This document shows, in pieces, positions 48,485 to 60,737 of a stretch of DNA of 64,000 nucleotides. Every line of letters begins with the position of its first letter. The first letter of the stretch is position 1. The notes below the pieces were generated by a model. The model saw nothing but the letters and a program-made list of their open reading frames with translations. It did not search any database and was not told where the DNA came from. Source of the DNA: Tubulanus polymorphus (taxonomy: Eukaryota; Animalia; Nemertea); NCBI RefSeq assembly GCF_964204645.1, contig NC_134026.1, positions 6,285,950 through 6,349,949 of the forward strand, written 5' to 3'. Made by a program: the position numbers and the translations under genes.

Positions 48485-51400
48485 ATGAACGATTTCAAGG
48501 TGATCATTAGCTACATTGTTTTGACGACTTTTTCGTGCCTCATCCTGTGCGGGAAGGAGTCGCTGGCGCGATCGTATAAATCGTACGTAGCCACGATTAA
48601 ACAACCTTTCGGAAAAGTGAGACTTTACTCGGACGGAGATCACGTCGTGACTGCATTTTTCGACCGTTCGGATGATCTGATATTTTGTCACCCGTCCGAG
48701 AATGGCACTGAAACGGGTAAAACCATATTTGCGGAGGTAGGTGTTTGTTAATCAAAATTTTCTTCATTCAAATTCGGTTAAATCGTCAATATCATATTAC
48801 TGAAGTCGTATCTGTATTTGAGACCCAATTTGTATTTACAATCAAATTCGCTAGCTGTATCGTCATTGCTTGAGGCTTTTCTATTTTTTTCAATCCGAAT
48901 TTGTACTTCCAATTCAATTACAAGTGTAAATTGTCATTTGGATAAGTCGTCATGTGAATTCGTCTTTTATAATGTTCGAGTCTATCTTGTATTTCGGCAA
49001 TTCAATTTACCGTAGTGAATGTAAGTCAAAATAATGACCATCCTAAATATGACGAATTCGAGCGAATTTGACTGAGCATATGATACTGTTTTTGGAGTCT
49101 TTGATTTGAATATGTACACGTGTGCGCGCTGTTACAACCATTGAATTCATAATAACCCTTAACTTAAATCGGTCAAATCGGGGTCAAGAGACAAGGGAAA
49201 AAAATCAAACGACTGTTCTTACTTCTTTTATCGCACGAAACGATTTGCAGAACGCATTGCGACAAATGTCAAACGTCTTATGCAATATTGTGTATAAAAA
49301 AAAATGAATGGAGGGGTAGTCTAAACAAAACCTTTCAACTTTCAGCGCGTAAATAATCGGCGAATTTGTTTTCATAGAAATTAATTGACTATAGAACAGC
49401 TTGTTGATTTAGTTATTTATCGTTTGGTGTTACATTAAGCGCTTGCATAGACCGTGTTATTTACGATTTTGGCGGTTTATATTAAAGTAAAGCGTTATCT
49501 GAACCGCTGTTTAAGATGTCACTTTACACACTTCAAGTTTCTACCTATTTACATGATATTTGCGAATCGTTGTTGGCAATCAATGACGAAAGGTCGTTTA
49601 TTTGCTTAGTTTATCACAGGCGGTCATCAAACCTATGCGAACAATGCGAAATGAGGAGAAATATATCTTTCTACTTTATAAGTACTTTATACGGAATTCA
49701 CCCCTAAATTCCTGCACTTCGAAACGTTTTATATATATGTATGAATTTTATGAGGAAAAAATTATGTTCGGAAAATTACCGGCCCCGTTTGGAGATACAA
49801 CTGTAAATCATGGTCTCAGTCAGTGAATAATTCTTGGATTGGTCGTAAATTGTCGAAACAACTCCCGCCTCGGGGCTCACTCCGGGTGTATTATGTATAG
49901 TTTAACTATTATTCAGGGCTTGGTTTTCGTCGATTGTACAGAAAAATAGACGATTTCGAAATTGAACATGTCTGAGCAAGTCTTAAATCACATCTGCTAG
50001 AGACCGCGAGACAAGGAAGGATGTTGTTATGCAACTAATTCCCGATTAATCATTTGGAATTTTCACTTCATCTTCTCCCACGCGTCGAGTCGTGTATTAT
50101 TAGACAGAACAGCGACAAAGGTTCCATTGGTAAAAGTTCCCATTATGTGTAACACTTGAAGCATACTTCAACATTGACGAATTGTCAATTCGACTTTCTT
50201 CATCTACGTTTTGTACTGCGATTTATGATGAGGCAATAGATCTTAAAAAAACACAGTTCCGATTTCAAAATCTAAGACCCTTGCTTCTTTCCCGGTATAG
50301 GTTTTTCGTAGGTTTGTTATGAAAGGTACACACCATGGTTCGAATATATTATCACCAATGATACAATTGATCCTAACTCGAAATGCGATCACGACTATCT
50401 TCACTTTCATCCGAGTGTCTAGTTTTGATGACGTCACACTCGAATGTGGGCAGCAGAATGCTACGAGGACACGTTCTCTGAAAAGAAATACCACGAGAGT
50501 TTCCTTAACCTCGAGTTATATCAAGAATTTCGTTTAGGTATAATATTTCGTCATTATCACAGGCGGTTGGTTTCGAGTGTAAGGGTATCCGATCTCCAGT
50601 ATAAAAACCTCCCACACTTTTGTATATGCAATTAATATCCGCTCGAAACTTAGATTTCATATACATTCGTTCGAATGCATTCACCGTACGCTAGATCGAA
50701 CAATTTTCATTTCGCTTTTTGTGTAGAAAAAGAGGTGAAATATGTACTATAGAAATATGTAATGATGAGATAATGGTTATCGGAAAGATTAAGCGATGAT
50801 CCGGGACTGGATGATAGACGAGGCGTGAAATTAACTCCGAGCTGATCTTCGCCGTATCTAGCTCTACATACTATCATTCTTTCTTCTATAGACACACTAT
50901 AACACTGTCATCAGAGATTTACTTTGTAATCGAAGCAGTAAATTTCCTCGTCTACCTTTTTTCGTAGTTTAATTGATAAATAATAACGGCTATGGTATGG
51001 TACGAGTGACGTTTAGACTCAATTGTACGTACAAGCCATTTCCAAAATCTAAAAGAGAGTAGTGACGTTTAGACTCAATTCTATCAGCTATTTCCAGAAA
51101 CTATGAGAGTAGTGACGTTTCAACTCAATCTTATGAGCCATTTTCAAAAACTGATGCCGGGCGTAGGTCGGCCTTCGTTTCGACTAAATTCAAAGAAAAT
51201 ACCATCGCCTATGCGCCCGGGCTATGCGCCATCTTAAATTAATATTTTCTAATCTTAAATGAATTTCGTTTTCAAACCATTCAGCGGGCTTATACATGTG
51301 TATAAGTATAAGTGGGTCCTTATTCACGCGAACTACGCACGAGTTCTAAAAATGTGAAATCGAGAAATGTGAGTGGTATCACTATAAAATTCTTTGCGTC

Positions 51401-54400
51401 GTCTCAAATTGCCGCTATTCATGTATATATAACGTCGCTAATTGTTTTATGGAATGCTCTGGAGAGCGGCGTGAGCCATAAGCGTGACCCACAGTTTTCT
51501 GATACAAGTATTCTCGTAACAGCTCTCGAGGCGTTTTCAATTCGTCTCTTAAACACAGTTTAATCGTTGGCCCAAACTAAATGACATTTTGTATAACTTG
51601 CAGGTGTTTAAATGTGTTAACCACACAAAAATGACAAGTATGTCATGGATGAAAATAACAGTTTCGGGTCGGGAGTGGCAAGTTCCATGGTCGTATATAT
51701 TCACGCGATACTTTCTGCTAATCATATTTGATACGTTTATGATGAAAGATTAAGGTCTCACCGCAATCAGAACTTCATCGTGCAATGTGATGTAAAGTCT
51801 CTCCCACTCATAGTCCATAAATATACGCATATATAAAGCACACGAGTTGATAAATTATTCAGAAATTCATCGACATTAGTAGTTTTTTTTAGTATCGAGT
51901 CAGTTGTTAGATACGTATGTACGGCGAAGACATTGTTAAGAAAATACGGGTAGAGTCTTCAGAAGATGGCGGCTTCATTTGAAAGGGCAATGGGATATAC
52001 ATAGTACCCCAAATATATGAGAAGTGTTAACCGTTAGATTCCCATGATGACATGCAAAGAGATATGCACATGAGATATATCGGTGATGACAAAACAAATA
52101 TTGTTTGCCCAAAGTTTTATTGTACATTGTTTTGCAAAACTTATACGGATCGTATCAGCTATTATCATTTTTTTAGGTGCAGCCTGAAGACACCTTCTTT
52201 ATTGCACTGAAAGGCTGACCCATGTTGATTATGATAAAAATGAAATAAAGAACCCTCTTATTTTCTATATTGTATGTAGTGATTTTCGTTGAATCTTCTA
52301 GATACTCTCTACAGTATGATCTAACATCTCCTAGGAAACATATAGGACCCGGCATTCTATTCATTATTTCATCGTATAGTTCTCGTGTACAGGACAGTGG
52401 AAAGAGTGAAGCCACTCAAGCCGTCACTTAAACAATAATGTAACCTTCCGCTGTACATGTCCAAACTGTTTTTGCATCATAACAGTCCAAATCCGACCTA
52501 TACGGTCGATATAAAGACTGCGCGTGTATGATTGTGGAAGAATTATTTAGTGTCGCCTTGAGCATAATCTTCCATGGATGCGATCACATAAAATCATGTT
52601 CAGACAACACGAAGGTGCAACGACCAAAAAATGAGGTCCATCTCTTTTCATATAGTCAAACATGTATAAAAAAAGAAAAAACATTAGTCAATGATGATAA
52701 TCACTTATATCTAATTCGATATAAACCAAGAATTCTGTCAATTGGTTCTTGTTGGAACACCCCCAACATCCGTCCTAAAGGCTTCACGCAGCCCACGGCG
52801 CTCGCTGGTCCTAGAAAGGTTTATGTCCGTATTCTAAATTCCTGGATCCGACTCCGATCATTTCAAACAACCCACATATATAACATTCAGAACTAGTGAA
52901 TGAACGAAGCGGCAGTATCAGTCAACATCCCACGGAATGTTGCAGAGAATGAGAGATGTTACCGTTATCATCTCGATGCCAACTAATGAAATAATCACAT
53001 TATCACATTCCGCACTGATATGAAATAAGAATGCGAATCAGGCATTTCATAACAATCGGAGACGAAGATATTGTACATATATATACACGACGTCACAGTG
53101 CGTCATCGATTGACCGTCAAGCGAAAAAGTGAAAATCGTCCTCTGAATATTGTGCACTTCGACTTGGTCCCCTTCATATTTTTGTAATTCTGGTATTGTA
53201 TATATGTATATATTGTTTTCTTTTTTCTACTGATTCGTTGTTCATTTGATTATGATGAATAAACTAACCTGTAACTTGTAACCTGAAATCCTTGATGTTT
53301 TAACTGTTGAAGGTTTATTCATCAATAACCGTATTCTCAGCGTGTACCACAGAATGTAAGGCGAGGATAGTTTTAGAACGTCGAAAAGCAGTGTGAAAAC
53401 AAATGCACTTTCAGGGTGAAACCTCGGTGCGTTCATAACGGTTTAAGGAAAAAAACAAACGGTTAAACATTTACGACACTTCTTGATTCATTTCTCATTT
53501 CATTTCTATAAGTACTTTTTTACATACGTTGTTATCTAGAATCAAATTGTTGCTTTCTGGGTGCCCCTGTCGTGTATCTGATTCTAAACCCCGACATTCG
53601 TGTAAGTTCACTGATGGTTGTTCTCAGTATCAAATTGTCTGGATGTTAATTATGTTGGTGTGTCCTATTGCTGTCGGTGAAGTTCTCTGGGGAGCTGATT
53701 CTTCATACATTCTTGGAAATAACCTTCCTCATTCGCGGGCAATTTCATCTCCTTCTCGTTATTTGATGGCTACTTCGCCGTGTTATTACTGCGTGGAGGA
53801 TATCGACCCAGTACCAGTAATGTCCGATTCGAACTTTGGCTTAATCATTCTGAACAGTCGTTTCTCCGGCCAGAGCAATATAAAGTGAACTCTTATCGAG
53901 GGGTATGGGGTGTCCAGGTCCGTGCCGAGTGAGGGGTCGTTCCTAAGATTTTCAAATTGTCCTGCTAAGTCAGTTTCAAAATTTGGGTCAATGTTCTTTA
54001 AAATTTTGATACAATTTTCATGTTTTTTTTTCGGAAAATGAAAAGTAATGCATTCTGAAATGATTTATTCCCGGGCACTTCACATTTTCTTTTTCAATCG
54101 GGAAGTGCCCTTTTTACGGTGAAAAAGTGCATTTTTCTCACAAAAATTCGGCACGGCCTTGGGGTATTTTCCAAAATCAAATACAGAATTCTTTCAACGT
54201 ATTCGTCATACAAGAAATAGAAATAAGCAACTAAAGGAAACAATTTCTAAATCTTATTTTGTTTTCAATAATGTCTAATCTTCGTGTATTTGTGTAGGCA
54301 ATCGAAGGCAAGTCCCAAAGAGATAAAATGGTCATTAAAATGGACGTTGCCAGACACGCGAAAAGATGTACGAAGTTTCTGAAAGGAGTTGAAGTTAGCA

Positions 54401-56321
54401 AATCATCAGTAGGTATAAAGTCGAATAAAAATGTTCTACTGTATTTGACACATAACAACCAGTAGACGTGTGACGCAGAGAAAGGGTTTAGAATTTAAGA
54501 TTCTCCATAAACTCGATCTTTAATGCCCTTGCGCTCGCTTGTTTTTGTAGGAAAAGAGATTACACAAAGACAAAGGTAGATTTAAAACGGCGAAGATGAT
54601 GTTAGAGCTGTATTATGGTGTACCAGGTTAGTATCAAACGATTCTTCAATAACCGGTTTCTAGGGTGGGATCTTCCCGTAATTACTGTAAATGGAATAAA
54701 CGATCTCAAACCGAATTTTACAGTTGTTTGGTAGAATTTAACTCTTTAAATTCAATCGGTAGAAAATGAACTGATTTTGAATAGAAAGTTAAATAGAAGT
54801 TGATCGAGTTTTACAGTCGGGATCAATCAAACTCTTTAGTGACCGTACTTTGGTGACTTGCATTTACTCTCAGACCTTGGAAATAAAGTAAAGAAAATAT
54901 ACAATACAGGGCCCAGTTTCGTAGTTGTACGGAGGTAAATTTGACTTCGTAATTAAAGATAGAAAATTTCGAATGATTAGAAATGTGTGGAACTGTCCAG
55001 AAGTTGACACTGTATTCACCAGCGCCAATTACTAAACTAGCGCAGGTCATAGTCCAATCATCAACCAGCATCGCTCACTGGATCCGACGCAATCTGATTC
55101 GGGCATTAGACGATTATCTCAATCGTAATCAAGATGTGTTTTCAATTCAGGGACAAACTGGTGTCGATTTGAGAGACCATCGAATATAACACGAAAGTTA
55201 GGCGAACACAGAGAAGTGGACAAATGCTGCAGGCGATTTCATCGTGGTTGTCCGAATGGAACCATACCAGGTATTCATCTGATATTTTTCATTCCCAGAG
55301 CTCTCGTATGTTTTGTGCGCATTGGATTACGGATTTTTTTATCAGTTTGTTTTTGAGATGATTGTCTCCAGACTCAACTATAGGCGCCGCTTTGCTTTCC
55401 CTTAATTGACGTTCAGACTTCTCTTAATCCTTTAATACTACAAAAATACTTAATATCAATGTAGACATGTCTGAATGACGTGTATGTGTGATGAAGAGAT
55501 CAACTCTTTCTTTCCCCGCCGAATAGACTGCTCAGTACTCATGGTCAATCCGATCCCTCCAAGTCACCGGAATTAGTTAATTTTCTACATGTAAATTCTT
55601 TTTTGAGAAACCATAACTTGAGTTCTATGGAGAAGCCTCCTGTTTCCCCGATGCTCAACCGATTACGGTGGAGTTTACTGTATTAAAGTAGTAACTGGTC
55701 TGGTCACTAATTTTGCTAAAATGGGCTTTGATTCAACTTTGACACTCGTAAAAACAAGCGACTCGAGATTTTTACAATCTATAGACGGTCATCTCAGTCC
55801 AGTGCGATCGTATTTAAAATTGAAAATTTCAACATGTCCCTCAACATGTCTCTGTCCCCAGAGTTCATAGGGATAGCGTTCCTTATATAGTTATGCCTTG
55901 GAAGTGTTAGGCGACTGCCATCTCAATAACGAATACTGTATTTCTAAAATAATGTTATGATGAAGGAAGTAAACAAAAAGATAAGAAAAACTTATTGATA
56001 ATTTGCATTTTGTTTGTAGGGCATCACAGAGTGAACGGATTATATAATTATTACCCGTGGCCTTTGTATCATTGCCGATGTACGTACATGTTGAATCGAT
56101 GTCTCAGTCAACTGACGGGCAATAAGCTGGCAAAACACGTCGGGGAACTGATCTTTAACCACGCCCAGTTACCGTGCTTCAGGTTAAAAAAATCGGAAAA
56201 GTGCTTGAAATGGAAACCGTGGTACACGAAATGCAGACAAACTGAAGATTCGACGGAAGCACACCGCCGCCGAGCTATCAAGCATTTTCGAATGCAAACC
56301 AGGGACGATACGCCCGTGTGA
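48485..56321 (+). CDS. Secreted group III phospholipase A2-like protein, predicted catalytically inactive (about 286 aa)
   Basis: Exons 48485-48736 (signal peptide MNDFKVIISYIVLTTFSCLILCG + propeptide), 54298-54408, 54551-54626 (..LYYGVP), 55151-55270 (GTNWCRFE..LGEHREVDKCCRRFHRGCP), 56020-56321 (GLYN..HCRCTYMLNRCL..AKHVGELIFN...PCF). Phase-consistent, 861 nt; Cys spacing follows the bee-venom/group III PLA2 fold. AATAAA at 57232. Confidence 0.85.
51003..51145. repeat. Three tandem copies of a unit of about 54-57 bp
   Basis: AGTGACGTTT(A/C)(G/A)ACTCAAT....GC(C/T)ATTT repeated three times. Confidence 0.75.
53915..54161. mobile_element. hAT-like MITE
   Basis: TIRs CAGGTCCGTGCCGA / TCGGCACGGCCTTG. 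Confidence 0.6.
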
Positions 56322-57444
56322 ACTTTAGCCACAATTACAGTAAATTCAGCAATTATTCCTTCCAAGTTTGGTACATTTTCGTTGCCGTGGTTACTGTTTG
56401 TTTACCTCCTCGTGGAAGCGGTCATCAGGGATTAATCGAAAAGACCGGTGGCGACACGAGTGGGAGGTTCAACAAATCAGTATTTAACAGCCAGACTTGG
56501 AGGGCTGCCCAGGTTCAAAGGTCATAGCGGTAAAGAGTCTGGATTCAGAGAAGACGCGTGGTTGAACTCAATCTGCGGTGATTGATGTTCGACTGAAAGC
56601 GACTTTAAAACCCGCAATTTTAAACTTGATTAAGTGAAGTGTTGAAGTTAAAATCCAAACTCGTGGATGACACAAAGCACTGTTATTTTCTTCCGCGCGC
56701 TTAACTTGCGAATCTGGGCAGAAAACAGTTTTTATTTAGGACCGCTTTTGCAGTTTTGGTAGATGCTTTACTTTTCCGACAACCGTTTATAAACAGCGAA
56801 AACTAATCGTTAAGAATTTACGACGTGAGTCGACACTATGGGGTGACATCGATTGATTGATTGAAATTGATTTACAAAATTTTACTGAATTTACTGGGTC
56901 GAAATAATTTGTGTTGGCTTGAAAAAAGACAATTATTATATAGACATTTTTTATTATTTAGATTTGTTTCGAACCTGTGCAGGGTTTGTCTGCAAACTAA
57001 ACGTGCAGGCTTTCAATGATTTTTAAAGAGGCGTCTTCGGATTTCATCGCTGGTTTCATATGTCGTGCATACATTGACAAAACACTGGGCCCAGTTTTAC
57101 AAAAACTTTTGTGAAACTGGGCTCTGGTGGGACTGGCACGCTGAGTGAAATGCGGCAGGCCGCACTGTACCAGGGGTAACAGGGGTTAAACCAGTGAAAT
57201 TTGTACGTCTCAATTTGCGATAATGTGTTGAAATAAATGAATATGTTTTTTACTTTTCAAAATAGAAGAATGTTTGTCATAATTGTTTTTATGATCAACA
57301 AAGTAGTTGAATTGTTCTGGTTAATCTATGAAGGAATCGAAGACGAAAAAAAGGAGTGGAAGAGATGAAACAATTCAGAGAAACGAATGTAAGACAACTG
57401 TTTGCATCACGACATACTGAATTTACTGATATTCCCGCTTCAGT

Positions 57445-57750
57445 TTGGTGGCAGCACCTTATGGTCACCTGGCGGAATTTCTGTGAACTAAAGCTACCTC
57501 CTGCTTGCCCGCTCACCTAGACCGTTGGAGCTCTATTCTTAAATCATATACAACAACCATTCCCTCTCTGAGAAAATTTATTTTGAGAGATACAAGTCAG
57601 GGTGCCATGAAACAGTTGGTTTTTCATTAAAAGCCGGTCCGCAGCATTACATTAGTTCTCAGAAATGCCGCTAGGTGACCGTACGGTGCTGCCACTAGGT
57701 TTGTGTTTGTTGAATGAAAATTCAGTGATTGGCCGACTTCATCGACCCGC
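57445..57750. mobile_element. Inverted pair of the GTGGCAGCAC..GGTCACCTAGCGG repeat between convergent gene ends
   Basis: 57445-57491 pairs with 57653-57699 over about 47 bp. Confidence 0.7.
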
Positions 57751-58238
57751 ATTATAAACTAAATGTTGGAATCCTTAAAAAACCTATCTTCTCCTTGTGT
57801 AGCTAGCATAATAAAAACACTTATTTTCAGAATGATGTGTCCCCTGCAATCATTTTTAGAAAGAATCCTAACACATTCTCCTCTATTCAGAAATAGAAAC
57901 CACAAAAACTTGTTAATTAATTAAATACATCTGAAGACAGGTGTATTGTTCTTTTTTATTGATGACGAGATGTACAAGAGAAAAAATACAACATAATACG
58001 ATAAATGAAAAAGGTTTTTGGATATAATAGGTGATTTTTTATAACTCACTATAAGTGGGCACTAATTCTTCTTCCACAGTAAATGATAACTATCAATATA
58101 ATTATCTACCATAATTTCAAATAGCCAAACACGAATCATTCAAAAAGAATCCAATATCATTCATCTCCAAAAATATATCTCCAAAATGTTAGATATCAAA
58201 TATATTATTTTTTTGACCATGACCTGAGAATGTTACTA

Positions 58239-58549
58239 CAGTAAACTACGCCTTACTCGGTAGCGGTGTGAATGCTGTAAATATTACAGAGTTCTGGATT
58301 AGGACTTGTTGCAGTGCCTGCTGTAAACATTTCACTGAGTTCTAAAATCAGGACTCAGTTGCACAGTTCTCAGTTGAGTTTCAACTCCAGTTTAAAATGG
58401 TTAATTTTCTATGCGTTAACGGGAATAGCAAATTCTAACCGGAACTCATGGAACCGGGTTCTGTGGAAAAAAAAAGCTGTTCCAAATAAATTGCAGTAGA
58501 ATTTGAGTTGAGTTGAGTTGACTGGTACCGAGTAAGGAGGAATCTGCTG
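58239..58549. mobile_element. pogo/Tc1-like MITE with a nested foldback MITE, in the SLC6 3' UTR
   Basis: TA+CAGTAAACTACGCCTTACTCGGTA ... TACCGAGTAAGGAGGAATCTGCTG+TA; internal CAGTTGCACAGTT..GGAACCGG element. Confidence 0.7.
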
Positions 58550-60737
58550 TATAAGGCATATTGAATTGACTGTTCATATCGGAGGGCTGGAGAAACAGCA
58601 GTAACATGTGTATTTAGCTCCAGGTATCAAAAATACGCAAAATTGCAATCATAGTGATTAGTGATTGCAATGAATGTAGCACATAATGATGTTTCATTTG
58701 ATTATGTACAAGGTGAATAACAGAAAAGATAATTGTCTATTCGACATCTATTCGACACTATGGCCTCGAGATGCAGAGTACTTGCAATCATTGAAATTTT
58801 TACGTATTATTATGCTTAAATAAAAACTTACAAAATTGTGTTTTAGGTGCAAACAGCGAATAGTGATTTACAACTACGTCTAAATAAACATAATTGATTT
58901 CAAAACTAACAGCAATTTTCTCGTAAGCTAAGATTGAGTAACATGAATATAGATTAGTATCATAATTATTTTTAGAACTACTGCCACACAAAAACCCCAT
59001 CCCCCTCTCTTCGACTATGAAGAGAAAGCCTTCAAATGGCTACATTGATATGAACTTGATGCATCCCCTTCTATGAAGAAACATGCCCAGCGCTTGTCAA
59101 AACTATCTCTATTAGCATATAAATAATTGATACATGTAATAACAGTTCTGATAATAATTACTTCATTACCTTATCTACGATTAGTATTTTTTTCTGATTC
59201 GCCTAAAACGTGAATCGAATTTTCAAGCCTAGCTTCCGATCCAATTTGGATCGAATTAAAATATGGTCCTACTTTAACTCATACAGTTTCAACAAACAGC
59301 TTTTTCAGTTTGCATCCATACATTAATAGAACTAGCTTTTTCGGTTACATAAAATATGAAACTTATGTTTAGCAGCGCATTATTACGTTATTAATCATAT
59401 AGAAAGGCGTCTCAAACTTGATCTATTCATCGTTATCACAGATTTATTCGCAACAAAAACGAAATCAATCTCAAATTTTCTTTTGTTGATGGACTCATTT
59501 ACTCAGGCGTAGAAAACTACATTCATTTCATATGATTTATCACACAATCGAATATAATAAATATACGTATATAACAATAGTAAGAGTACTGTCTACAGCA
59601 GTATTTGAAAAATAACTTGGCTTTCTAAAAAAACTCGGTCATGGTATTATGAATCATTTGTATTATATTAGTTGTACCTAAATTCTTACACACAATTTTA
59701 AAATAAATATCTAACACTCGCATAAATCATCATCGGATAAGTTGTCCTATTACTGAAGTCATCATTAATATTCAGTCGCAACGCAAATCGCATTTACAAA
59801 ACAATTTACCAAGTGGTGGATAAGTCATCGGCATAATGATCGTCATAACTACACCGACATATAAGCAGAGGGCGAGATTGATCGCAATAGAGAGAATAGC
59901 TATGATATAAAATATACATTTTACATGATCAAAATCAACACAGAAATAATAACTCGATATAAAGAGCCGTGACGAAGGAATGAATCTGTATTTGGGGTAG
60001 AAACTAAAGTGAACTTTGAAACGATAACGAGATCAGTTACATGCATTCACTGTATGTAATTTCATACATGTTTAACATACAAAACACTAAACATGAGATG
60101 ACTGAACAATAGTGTTACATGAAACAGTTCAATGTCACCCTCTACCTATCAGATAGCATGGACGATCAAACTACACCATAAACAGATGCTGAACGAGGGT
60201 ATTTATCCCTAACGAATGGGCAATAGATCTACAACGAGCACATTTGAGCCACTAATAAGGTGTAGAGTCAATGAAAAACAGGATGGAGGGGTCCTGCCCC
60301 ACGGCAAATAAATTTGGAAAATCTAAGCCATATTCGTTGGTTGCATAACGTTGAGGGCTTTAGGCTTCCTCGATCGAGTAGAAAATGCATGTAGATTTTA
60401 TAGCTCTCCACAGTTGCGAGTTAACTCTGAACTCAGGATTCAGTTCCACAGTCGTGAGTTAGAGTTAACTCTTTGAGTTCAAATTAGTACGATTTCAATC
60501 AGAATCGTGGAAGTCCCGTATTTTTCGGAGGGCACTAGAACATCAAGCATTGAGACCCAATATGAGACATCTGATTGGGATCCACCATTAGAAAATCAGT
60601 AGATACCACACCGGTACTATAGAATATCTAAATTACTGTCGTGTTTTTTAAATTGGTGAAATGTGCAGAGATTCCATAAGTGCAGAGAAACTAATCATCA
60701 GCTGTTTTAATTATAGCTGTTTATGGTGCGAATAATG

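Noticed and set aside
53164-53176. TTGGTCCCCTTCA matches the first 13 nt of miR-133
   Set aside because: Sequence diverges afterwards and there is no complementary 5' arm, so no pre-miRNA hairpin.
54409-54412. Alternative donor at 54412 for PLA2-like exon 2
   Set aside because: Joined to the 54551 exon it shifts frame into a stop; donor 54408 (TCA/GTAGGT) gives the conserved-looking YGVPGTNWC.
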